From: Pseudomonas phage PaBG
Reading direction: 5' to 3' (one strand)
Sequence record: KF147891.1
Length of the DNA: 64,000 bases
Of the stretch, positions 56,213 through 64,000 are shown piece after piece. The notes beneath the pieces are model-generated. The model was given only the letters and a program-made list of their open reading frames with translations. It was not told the origin of the DNA and did not search any database. The stretch's first letter is position 1. Every line of letters starts with the position of its first letter. Made by a program: the position numbers and the translations under genes.

Positions 56213-57897
56213 TCTTCCTTCTTGGTGGAGTCGATGGCTTTCTGCACCTTGGCACTCGGGCGAATGCCCAGCTTGGTGTAAAACTCCGCCAGAATCTCCG
56301 GGCTGATGTAGTTTTGAATAGCCGTGTTGCTGGTGATCTTGTCGCCACTCATGTGACCAAGCTCGGCACCGATCTTGAGCAGTTCGGTCTCCAACCACTT
56401 GTGGACATCACGATCTTTCCAGTTGCCGCCTTTCTTGAACGGGCTGTCCTTGAGCAGCGCCAGTGCCATCTCAGTACCGCGCGCCGTACGCAGCTTGTGC
56501 ACCGTGAAGGCTTTCGGGAAGCCTAGGGTACGCATGTAGCGGTTGATCATGGCGCCAGTGACCTGAGCGTTCTTGAAGGTGAACACGTGGTCGTTCGAGC
56601 CTTTGCCTTCGATCAGCTTGTGCAGAGCATCGCCCAGTTGCTTGCCACGCGCCGAAGTGAACTTGAGCTTGTGGGCCTGCTTACCGCCGGACTTGCCGAT
56701 GTAGGTAACAGTGGCGCCATTGCCTTGGGTGTTGAACTTGAAGTGCTTGACCAGAAGCTGCGTGGCGCCGTACGTCTTCTCGCCACCTGTGGCTGCATTC
56801 TTGTTGCCGACGCGAGCGCTGGTGTCGTAGATGAACTCGCACAGTGTCGCCAGCACACCTTCTTTCGACTTGTTGACCTTGCGCAGATCAGGCAGCCACT
56901 TCTTGGTCAGTTGGCTGAGCTTCGGCATGACTTCGGCCACGACGTTGAATTTCTCGGCCTTGGCGCCAGTACGGTACGACTCGGTGTAACCGCGGGTCGC
57001 GTTCTGGGCGAACGGCGGCGTGAACTCGCAGACGTATGCGTTGTCCTCGTCGGCGTTGTACTTCGGATTCATCTTCACTTCACCGCTGGGGCTTTGCAGC
57101 AAACGCTTGCCGGCAGTGGTGTAGAAGCGGCCCAGGTCATCGATGTTGCCAACGAATCCAGTAGGTAGGTTGTGGACGATACCCAGCGACTTGAGCTGGG
57201 AGATAACGTCACGCAACGGCAGATATGGCTGGCCAGATGCACGCACCAGATTCGCCAGAGCCTTCTTGAAGATGTCGTTGACTTCCCGGCGGAGCTTCAG
57301 GTACTCGGTATGGCCCTGGGTTTTCTCACCCTTGGCTTTGTTGTGTGCCTGCCACTTCTCCAGAACTTCGGTGGGCATGATGTAGCCAGATACGCCACCA
57401 TGGCGCTTCACCAGAGCTTGCAGCTTCTTGTACACGTCGCCGGTATCGATGCCATCAACGTCGTGCGTGTAGAACTGCGTAACCATCGGATCGCCGATGG
57501 CCGTGACGCCGCGCAGCAGTCGCTTGGCGGCAGACTCGCTACCAAAATGCGCCAGACGGAAGTCTTTGAGTAGCCCGAGTTGGGCGCGGCTGATGTCCGT
57601 TTCCTTCTCGAATGCCTGGGTCTTGGCTTTCAGTGCTTCCAGCAGCTCGGTGATGGCAGCATCTGCGGTATCGTCTTCTGCTGGATTGGCGCCACCAACC
57701 ACAGAGCGCACGGCAGCGCTGGTGAGTTTGGTGAGTTTGAATTTGGTCAGAAACTCACCCGCATCGCGCTCCCACATGTTCATGCGGCGCAGTTGCTCTC
57801 GATTGAGCTTGATGTCGTAGGTGACGTAGAGGGTTGCCAGTAGCTTTAGGAAGGAGACAACCGAATCCTTCTGTACGGCGCTAAGACTGGTGTGCAT
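56209..57897 (-). CDS. DNA topoisomerase IB-like / tyrosine-recombinase-fold protein (562 aa)
   Basis: C-terminal LGHMSGDKITSNTAIQNYISPEIL (LGH...NYIxP resembles topo IB active-site SKxxY-xDP and recombinase box II), YIGKSGGKQAHKLKF, HKLRTARGT. Confidence 0.45.
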   Translation of the reverse strand: MHTSLSAVQKDSVVSFLKLLATLYVTYDIKLNREQLRRMNMWERDAGEFLTKFKLTKLTSAAVRSVVGGANPAEDDTADAAITELLEALKAKTQAFEKETDISRAQLGLLKDFRLAHFGSESAAKRLLRGVTAIGDPMVTQFYTHDVDGIDTGDVYKKLQALVKRHGGVSGYIMPTEVLEKWQAHNKAKGEKTQGHTEYLKLRREVNDIFKKALANLVRASGQPYLPLRDVISQLKSLGIVHNLPTGFVGNIDDLGRFYTTAGKRLLQSPSGEVKMNPKYNADEDNAYVCEFTPPFAQNATRGYTESYRTGAKAEKFNVVAEVMPKLSQLTKKWLPDLRKVNKSKEGVLATLCEFIYDTSARVGNKNAATGGEKTYGATQLLVKHFKFNTQGNGATVTYIGKSGGKQAHKLKFTSARGKQLGDALHKLIEGKGSNDHVFTFKNAQVTGAMINRYMRTLGFPKAFTVHKLRTARGTEMALALLKDSPFKKGGNWKDRDVHKWLETELLKIGAELGHMSGDKITSNTAIQNYISPEILAEFYTKLGIRPSAKVQKAIDSTKKEE

Positions 57898-58843
57898 GGC
57901 CTATCTCATCGTATTGGGCGAAGTAGTCGCGCAGGCGCACTGGACCTTTGTCGGTCACAACGCACCCGTCCTCGACCTTAACTGCCGATTGAATGGAACG
58001 GAAGCGGCACACATGGAATGCCATAAACTGGTCAAATTCATGCGTGCCAAATTCAGGAGCTTTCACCATGGCTCGCCACTTGACGAGAATCGGGTGCTCC
58101 AAATCGCAGGCCTCAGGCAGTTCGCCGTATGCGTAGGCATGTTCCAGCCACGACAGTACGTCCGTCTTCTTGCCGTCAGCAGAGTAGATTGGGCGTTGGA
58201 ATTTGAACAAGGCTGTGGTCGAGTAGTATCCGGTGTCCACGGAAGTTCGGCAGAACAGAGCCAGATCGTGGTAGTTGACCTGAGATACTATCTCGTCCAT
58301 GCTGTAGGCGCGCATGGACATAACGCGCCACATGGCGTCGTCAGGAACGATGAAGGCATACTGCTCTTTGCGGATGCTCTTTTCCTGAATACGCTTTAGA
58401 TCAGCCTCGTTGAGCTGTATCTCGAATTGCTGGTGTGCCAACGACAAAAGGTCACCCGACCTGCGGATAACCAGTTCTTCGTTGGGCATAATGCCGATGT
58501 TGTTCGTGAGGATAGGTGCGTTGGTCCGATACACCTCTTCGCTGCACTCACTTCGGTTTTGCTGCACTGTCTTGATCGGGATGATGTTGTTCAGGGTTAC
58601 GGCAATCACGTCATCGAGTCCGGCAAAAGGCACACCGGACTTCATGATGGCAGTAACGCGCATCTGCAAGACAATGAGGGATTTCACCACGTGCCTGTGG
58701 GAGAGAACGCTTCCAACCAACTCATACTGGGAAGTTTCCTTGGGCTTGATGCCCAGACTTTCCAGTAACTGCTGAGTCTCAGGCGTCAGAATGACGTCCT
58801 TGTTAAGGACGATTGAGACGGTGAAATTGTCGGCCTGAGACAT
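57881..58843 (-). CDS. hypothetical protein (~320 aa)
   Basis: ATG 58843 with GAGGTG RBS (ORF-track M at 58852 is GTG). Confidence 0.5.
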   Translation of the reverse strand: MSQADNFTVSIVLNKDVILTPETQQLLESLGIKPKETSQYELVGSVLSHRHVVKSLIVLQMRVTAIMKSGVPFAGLDDVIAVTLNNIIPIKTVQQNRSECSEEVYRTNAPILTNNIGIMPNEELVIRRSGDLLSLAHQQFEIQLNEADLKRIQEKSIRKEQYAFIVPDDAMWRVMSMRAYSMDEIVSQVNYHDLALFCRTSVDTGYYSTTALFKFQRPIYSADGKKTDVLSWLEHAYAYGELPEACDLEHPILVKWRAMVKAPEFGTHEFDQFMAFHVCRFRSIQSAVKVEDGCVVTDKGPVRLRDYFAQYDEIGHAHQS

Positions 58844-58853
58844 GATGTGCACC

Positions 58854-59324
58854 TCATAGATTGTCCAAGAGGTAGCTCATCCGCTCGAAGAGGCTCAGAT
58901 ATTTCATCTGATGGATGTCTTTCTTGGGAACACGGAAACCAAGGTAGTAAACCTTCATCTTGCTCCAATCGCGACCTTCTGTCGGATCGATGACGCGGTC
59001 GTCGTCTTTCCGAACACAGAACGAATGGGGTTCGATCTTCCATGGGATCATCGGCTCTTCTCGCCAGATGATGTACCCAACGCACAGGTCGAGTTCATCA
59101 GCATTGCGGCGCTGAAACTCTACGGCGTTTTCGTGCGGCGTGTTTTCCGGCATGGTGCCGATGTATCGGCCTTTGTGTACGACTGGGAGAATGGCCAAAC
59201 GCTTCGGCAGGTCGCGCCAAAACTTGCGATTCTCGATCAGCGAATCGATGATGTTCTGAGGCAGTCGGTTTGTGGACATGCTCAGGCTGGCCAGTCGTCC
59301 TTTGAGACTGAATGAGACCTTCAT
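58854..59324 (-). CDS. hypothetical protein (156 aa)
   Basis: ORF overlapping stop of tmk. Confidence 0.45.
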   Translation of the reverse strand: MKVSFSLKGRLASLSMSTNRLPQNIIDSLIENRKFWRDLPKRLAILPVVHKGRYIGTMPENTPHENAVEFQRRNADELDLCVGYIIWREEPMIPWKIEPHSFCVRKDDDRVIDPTEGRDWSKMKVYYLGFRVPKKDIHQMKYLSLFERMSYLLDNL

Positions 59325-59950
59325 GCAAAGTTCCTTAGGAAGTCATCAACGTGGCGGATGGATTCCGCAAAGACATCGTCCAGCGGCTTTGAGGCGTCGA
59401 TAATGATGAAGCTCGGATCGTCGGCGGCCCATGCGTGAAAATTAGCTCGGACCTTGGCGAAGTATTCAACGCCTCGGCTTTCGATCTGATCCAACTTGCC
59501 GTCACGATTTAGGACGCGCTGTTCGTAGATTTCGACAGGGATGTCATAGAACAGGGTCAAATCTGGCTTGACCAGCAGAGATTCCGCCAGCGCATGGACG
59601 GTCGGAACCTGTTCAGTACGCGCACCCTGGTACGCCGCAGTCGTGGCACAGTAGCGATCAGAGACCACCAGATAGCCACGATCCAAATACGGTTGAATGA
59701 TGTGCTTGGTGTGCTCGATACGGCTGGCGTAGAACAGCATGGTCTCGGTGATCGGGTCCAGCTGCGGATTTTGATTGTTCAACACCGTGCGAAGTTCACG
59801 ACAGAACTGGCTGTCCTTGTACTCACTGGCGACGAAGTGTGGAACATCTGAGTGGCTCAGGTAGTTTTCAATGTTGCGGGCATTGCTATCTTTTCCCGCC
59901 CCGTCGAGGCCCTCAAGCACAAGGAAGGCCCCACGTTTCTTGGCAGTCAT
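59321..59950 (-). CDS. tmk: thymidylate (dTMP) kinase (209 aa)
   Basis: P-loop FLVLEGLDGAGKDS, DRY...AYQG motif; GAGGAG RBS. Confidence 0.8.
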   Translation of the reverse strand: MTAKKRGAFLVLEGLDGAGKDSNARNIENYLSHSDVPHFVASEYKDSQFCRELRTVLNNQNPQLDPITETMLFYASRIEHTKHIIQPYLDRGYLVVSDRYCATTAAYQGARTEQVPTVHALAESLLVKPDLTLFYDIPVEIYEQRVLNRDGKLDQIESRGVEYFAKVRANFHAWAADDPSFIIIDASKPLDDVFAESIRHVDDFLRNFA

Positions 59951-59953
59951 ATC

Positions 59954-60442
59954 TTACTCCTCGAGGTAGAAGCGTTTGCGGCGTTTGCCTTCTGGGCAAT
60001 TTCTTCGTGAAGCACCGCCACGCCATGCCATCTTGATCAGCAGCTTCATCATCACCTTGTCGGCAACTTCGCGCCGTTTGGCAGGCTTGATGACCTTGAC
60101 GTTACCCATTGGAGTAAGCGTCATGACACCAACGCCGTAGGGCTTGATGTCGTTCAGGATTTGCTGATAGAACTTCGATTCGATCAACTTCGGAGGGAGG
60201 AATAGATACAGCTTGTTGGTGAACGGTAGGTACTCCATCCACTTGCTGTCCGACGTGTAGTCGGCTTTGCAGCTCTTAACCTCGACCCCAACAAGGTTCA
60301 TCTTGGTATTCATGCACAGCAGGTCGAGTCTACGCTCTCCTCTGCGGCCAACACCAAACTCGAAGAAGACGGCATACAGCTTTCGTATGTAGTAGTGCGA
60401 CGCAGCATCGGTCAGCACCTTTGTAACTTCCTTGCGACCCAT
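59954..60442 (-). CDS. PD-(D/E)xK nuclease-like protein (162 aa)
   Basis: GRRGERRLDLLCMN....LVGVEVKSCKADY fits D...(D/E)xK pattern; basic C-terminus. Confidence 0.4.
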   Translation of the reverse strand: MGRKEVTKVLTDAASHYYIRKLYAVFFEFGVGRRGERRLDLLCMNTKMNLVGVEVKSCKADYTSDSKWMEYLPFTNKLYLFLPPKLIESKFYQQILNDIKPYGVGVMTLTPMGNVKVIKPAKRREVADKVMMKLLIKMAWRGGASRRNCPEGKRRKRFYLEE

Positions 60443-60444
60443 GG

Positions 60445-61791
60445 TTAAATCCCCAACTGCGGGTACCGAAGCAGCGCATCCAGCTTGCGCCGTGTGATGA
60501 TTTCGCGCATCTTGGCGCGATAGTCGTACTGGGAGCAGCGCCCATCGAACCGTGCGAACACGGCTGTCAGCTTGCGTTTGACCTCTTGGTCGGCAAGCCC
60601 GCGAGCAATCGCCTTCTCGATGTCGATGAGTTCTTCTTCCGCATACGGGAAGATTTTGACAGCTGGGAAGTGCTCCCAGATGGCACGAATCTGATCGTCG
60701 GTACCAGAAGCCTTTTCCTTACGCATCCACGATGCAAACATCGGGAACGGCTGTGCGTAGTACGGCTCTTCCTTCTTCGACACCTTTAGCTTGCCAATGG
60801 CTTGCGAAGCGCCCTGCTCTTTGACATCGAACGTCTTTATCAGGCGACCTTTGGGGTCGACCACTTTCCACCAGAGCGGGAGCTTGCTCGGCGGAATCTT
60901 GCCGTTCTTGCTGATCTGTGGATAGTCGCGCATGGACGTCTGCGATGTGGTGACCAGGTCGATGACGTAGGACTTGGTAGGATCATTCTCACGTACCTGT
61001 CTGACCAGATCGTCGAACCTGTCTTCCAGGTCGAGGACGCTCCAGTAGTATTTGGCGTGGTTCGGATACTCAGGCGAGAACACGCGCAGGACGTGAGTCT
61101 CAACGTCGGAGGCCGCTTCTCGCTTCTCCCAGTCGAGGAGAATGCTGATGTTGAATCCGGCGCGATTGATCCGCTGCATTTCGGCTTGGAAGTATCGCCC
61201 GTGGCCGTCGTGCAGGATCGAGTTGTTGCCCTCGTCTATGCCTTTACGGAACAGATACAGGTGGATCATTTCGTGAAGCAGCGTGTCCACAAACAGGATC
61301 ATGTCCGCACTGATGCGCTTCATGTTCACGGTCATACGGTACAACGGCTTGCCACCCACAGAGTTGAACTGCGCCAATCCGAAGGGCGAGCTGGCGCCCT
61401 GGGACTTCTTGAACAGAAGGGACTTCGGGCACATGCCGTTGAAGTATTTCTCGTTGAAGTAGGCGTAGAGTTTCGGGATCAACTCGTAGGTCAGGTTGGG
61501 GATAAACGGGTAGGAAGGGTATTTCGGATGCGGAACGAATTGGAAATCGTCTGGCGTGCTGGACTTCATCAAGCGCAGATACGCTTTGTCCGTGGTGGTT
61601 GCACGAAATTTCAGCTTCGGCTCATCCAAGTGAATGATCGTGACCTTGGTGCCTTCGACCTTCACCTTGAATTGATCATTCGTCCCGACATCGATTTCGT
61701 ACTCATCGTTGTGCTTGTCGAGGACGATCGTGGCACGCCCATTATAGGTGTACGTCACGAATCCATTGTCGGATGCGATTGCAAGTTCCAT
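60445..61791 (-). CDS. SprT-like zinc-metallopeptidase-domain protein (~449 aa)
   Basis: HEMIH (HExxH) preceded by SprT-like region (YPFIPNLTYELIPKLYAYFNEKYFNGMCP...GKPLYRMTVNMKRISADMILFVDTLLHEMIHLYLF); GGAGG RBS before ATG 61791. Confidence 0.55.
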   Translation of the reverse strand: MELAIASDNGFVTYTYNGRATIVLDKHNDEYEIDVGTNDQFKVKVEGTKVTIIHLDEPKLKFRATTTDKAYLRLMKSSTPDDFQFVPHPKYPSYPFIPNLTYELIPKLYAYFNEKYFNGMCPKSLLFKKSQGASSPFGLAQFNSVGGKPLYRMTVNMKRISADMILFVDTLLHEMIHLYLFRKGIDEGNNSILHDGHGRYFQAEMQRINRAGFNISILLDWEKREAASDVETHVLRVFSPEYPNHAKYYWSVLDLEDRFDDLVRQVRENDPTKSYVIDLVTTSQTSMRDYPQISKNGKIPPSKLPLWWKVVDPKGRLIKTFDVKEQGASQAIGKLKVSKKEEPYYAQPFPMFASWMRKEKASGTDDQIRAIWEHFPAVKIFPYAEEELIDIEKAIARGLADQEVKRKLTAVFARFDGRCSQYDYRAKMREIITRRKLDALLRYPQLGI

Positions 61792-61834
61792 GACTGGCCT
61801 CCAGTAACTTACCGTTAAATTACTTTGGATGGTG

Positions 61835-61873
61835 CGGAAACGAAAAAAGGCGACCCGGAGGCCGCCTTTCATT
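61835..61873 (-). terminator. conserved-family intrinsic terminator
   Basis: GGCGACC-CGGA-GGCCGCC preceded by cggaaacgaaaaaa. Confidence 0.75.
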
Positions 61874-61876
61874 GCG

Positions 61877-62347
61877 TCATGTTTCGCTCTTGTGTTTAGA
61901 CTCCAAAGCCCAATGTCGGTGTTCGCGCCATCCGATGGTTTCAGCAACTCGGAGTAACGCAACCACGTCCATGCCATTCGCCGGATCGCACTTCACCCAC
62001 TTCGACGAATCGATAGGTGGAGCGCAATGCTCGTCGTCCAGCACCAGATAGTCTTCAGGATTGTCGTGCCTATCCAACCACGCAGCAATCTCGTTATGCC
62101 TGCCGTCAATGTGGTCGCCAGTTGACCAGTCATCATGAAGCGTGCAGAGTATCCCGCGATCCTGCAGGTGCTTCTGCATACGTTCACGCGACTTGCCTTT
62201 GCGGACTGTCGAACTCACCACCACTCGCACGCGTGGTAATGCGAACAATTGATTCAAGACCGCAACAGCGACCGGGTCCGAGACCATACCCGCTAAATCT
62301 GAGCGCGGGTGGACGAACACTCCATCCTGATCGAGGAAGACTATCAT
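61877..62347 (-). CDS. HAD-superfamily phosphatase-like protein (156 aa)
   Basis: N-terminal MIVFLDQDGV (DxDG motif I of HAD hydrolases). Confidence 0.5.
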   Translation of the reverse strand: MIVFLDQDGVFVHPRSDLAGMVSDPVAVAVLNQLFALPRVRVVVSSTVRKGKSRERMQKHLQDRGILCTLHDDWSTGDHIDGRHNEIAAWLDRHDNPEDYLVLDDEHCAPPIDSSKWVKCDPANGMDVVALLRVAETIGWREHRHWALESKHKSET

Positions 62348-62787
62348 CTACCTAGTGCCTTTGCCATGTTCGTGAGGACGGTTTTGAAGTCGCCCTCGTG
62401 GGCGTAGTTGAAATACACTACGGAGTTTCGTTCCGCAATGAAGGAGACCTTCATCTTGGGCTTCGGAACTGCTCTCACTGGACGCGGCATCCACGGCGGC
62501 GGCGTAATACGCATCACCGTGGACGTCGGCCAGACCTCGAACTGGAAGGTGTAGGTACACTCGTCCTTCTGCGGCGTTGCGAATCGGAACACTACCAGGA
62601 GTGCAGGACTCTTCGCCTCGAGGGTGTCCACGACGACCGCAGGCTGCTGAATCAGCGAACCTTCGATCTGGACATCCTTGAACAAGGCGTGGGCCATGTT
62701 GCGGAGCGCAATCTTTTCAAAGTCTCGAATAGACGACTTGACGACCACGTCCTGAACGACGGTGTTTATTGAACTAAGGGAATACAC
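62344..62787 (-). CDS. hypothetical protein (147 aa)
   Basis: Probable GTG start with GGAG RBS. Confidence 0.4.
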   Translation of the reverse strand: MYSLSSINTVVQDVVVKSSIRDFEKIALRNMAHALFKDVQIEGSLIQQPAVVVDTLEAKSPALLVVFRFATPQKDECTYTFQFEVWPTSTVMRITPPPWMPRPVRAVPKPKMKVSFIAERNSVVYFNYAHEGDFKTVLTNMAKALGR

Positions 62788-62808
62788 GGTCTACTCCATG
62801 CCGTTGTT

Positions 62809-63240
62809 TTACGGAGCAGGCTCTTCAGGAACCGGAATGAAGAACAGGACTACGTGACCTGCACTCGCTTCGAGCACCGTGATGGTAACCGTATTGGCTG
62901 CCACCACGATTTCGTCCGGCGTGAACGCCTTGCCATCCGCATCATATACGCTCACGGAGACGTTTACATTATTGCGGTTGTGAGTGATGGTCCACGTGGT
63001 CGCCGGAGTTTCCTGAACGAACGAAACGGCATCTGCACCAGTACCGCCAGCACCAGCAGCGACACCTTGCAGCACGCCGTCCTTCATACCCAGGACTTGC
63101 CCTTCACCGAGCACCACACCTTGCAGTTGACGAGGGCCCGCACCGCGACGAACGATCACGGACTCCTCTTGCACGTCTGCTGCCATCCAAGGACGCTTGG
63201 GGAGTTCCAGCTGGATGAAGTCTTCGAATGGATTGGCCAT
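62809..63240 (-). CDS. tail-fibre-associated / Gly-Val-rich structural protein (143 aa)
   Basis: GAGGAG RBS; directly downstream of fibre-like gene. Confidence 0.4.
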   Translation of the reverse strand: MANPFEDFIQLELPKRPWMAADVQEESVIVRRGAGPRQLQGVVLGEGQVLGMKDGVLQGVAAGAGGTGADAVSFVQETPATTWTITHNRNNVNVSVSVYDADGKAFTPDEIVVAANTVTITVLEASAGHVVLFFIPVPEEPAP

Positions 63241-64000
63241 TACAGGGTCTCCTCAACAAGAACTTGCAGGGTACCCGAAGTGTTGGAGCCAGCGAACGCA
63301 GCATCATTGAGGAACAGATGCGTACCGTTCGCGTCAAACACACCGCCGGAGTTGACGATGGTGAACGCAGCGGCCACGTCGGTGGTGTCCGAACGACGGG
63401 TGAGGTCGGTGCCCTGGCCGTTGTAGCGAGCACGCACTTTGGTGAAGTCCACGACGCTGGTACCAATTGCCATGAAGCGGGCGAAGGCGTCGAAGGTGAT
63501 TGCACGCTCAACGAAGCCGCCGATGGTGAAGTTGCCGTTGGCTGGGCTTTCAGCATTGGCCAGGTTGGTCAGCGTAGCGTCAACGGCAGTCACGCCGCGA
63601 GCGTCGGAGTCACGGATGAGCACCTGACGCGAGTACACGCCACCAGCGAAGCTCCAGTTGCCGGAGAACTCGCCTGCGGCGAGGACAACGACCGGTTCGC
63701 TCGCCAGTTCTTGGTTGGGCTGAACGCGCAGAGTGTACGCATTGCCAGCTTCGGAAGAGCGCAGACGCGACGGGTTGCCGAGGATGCTGATGGTTGCAGT
63801 AGCTGCGGCTTCGGCAATCTTGATGATGCCTTGACGCGAGGCGACCGCACCGTTCGACGCCTTGGTGGCCGTGACGGTGTAGTTGTTGGTGACGAAGTAC
63901 GTACCGTTGTTGAGGGTGACGTCCTTGCTGACGGCGTACACTTCCGGATCGGTGATCGACGCATCCTGGCCAGCAGCCGAGAACGAGTACGACACGCTGT
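63240..64000 (-). CDS. tail fibre-like structural protein, 5' end outside window
   Basis: S/T/A/G/N-rich beta-type sequence; ORF runs to window edge (M at 63995 is a GTG). Confidence 0.4.
   Translation of the reverse strand, partial: SVSYSFSAAGQDASITDPEVYAVSKDVTLNNGTYFVTNNYTVTATKASNGAVASRQGIIKIAEAAATATISILGNPSRLRSSEAGNAYTLRVQPNQELASEPVVVLAAGEFSGNWSFAGGVYSRQVLIRDSDARGVTAVDATLTNLANAESPANGNFTIGGFVERAITFDAFARFMAIGTSVVDFTKVRARYNGQGTDLTRRSDTTDVAAAFTIVNSGGVFDANGTHLFLNDAAFAGSNTSGTLQVLVEETL

Noticed and set aside
111-64000. tRNA genes, CRISPR arrays, integrase/att sites
   Set aside because: No T-loop GGTTCGA(A/T)TCC-type segment in a cloverleaf context, no regularly spaced direct repeats and no recombinase next to a tRNA were found. 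The topo-IB-like gene has no att-like flanks.

Overview
This 64-kb window is one contiguous arm of a large, high-GC (roughly 58-60% by eye) virulent contractile-tailed phage (myovirus). All ~100 supportable genes sit on the minus strand, tightly packed, often with ATGA/TGATG start-stop overlaps. Long plus-strand ORFs are antisense artefacts.

Gene content, in order of transcription (high to low coordinates):
- 64000-62344: a tail-fibre-like block.
- 62347-56209: a DNA/nucleotide-enzyme island with a HAD phosphatase, a SprT-like HExxH protein, a PD-(D/E)xK nuclease, dTMP kinase and a topoisomerase-IB/tyrosine-recombinase-fold protein.
- 55960-50476: a head module with two basic proteins, an acidic Zn-ribbon scaffold-like protein and the major capsid protein.
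- 50428-36820: a P2/Mu-like tail module with sheath, tube, two tandem paralogues, a 1176-aa tape measure, then gpU-, gpX- and gpD-like genes.
- 36106-26430: early/middle genes including dCTP deaminase, a T4 EndoV-like glycosylase, an HD hydrolase and a SLOG/DprA-like protein.
- 26433-24195: a lysis cassette with a GH108 endolysin, a LemA-like protein and a membrane protein.
- 24198-111: further early genes including DHFR, Nudix, many small membrane, acidic and Zn-finger proteins, a second pair of tandem paralogues and a Pol-beta nucleotidyltransferase.

Regulatory signals are unusually regular. A family of near-identical intrinsic terminators is preceded by a conserved A-rich box. A 22-23 bp box (GTAGACGACTGAT(T/C)GCAGTTATG on the coding strand) occurs three times; at two copies an AGTGGTTAC box lies 39-40 nt downstream, suggesting a phage-specific promoter/operator class.

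No tRNA, CRISPR array, integrase or thymidylate synthase was recognised in the window.
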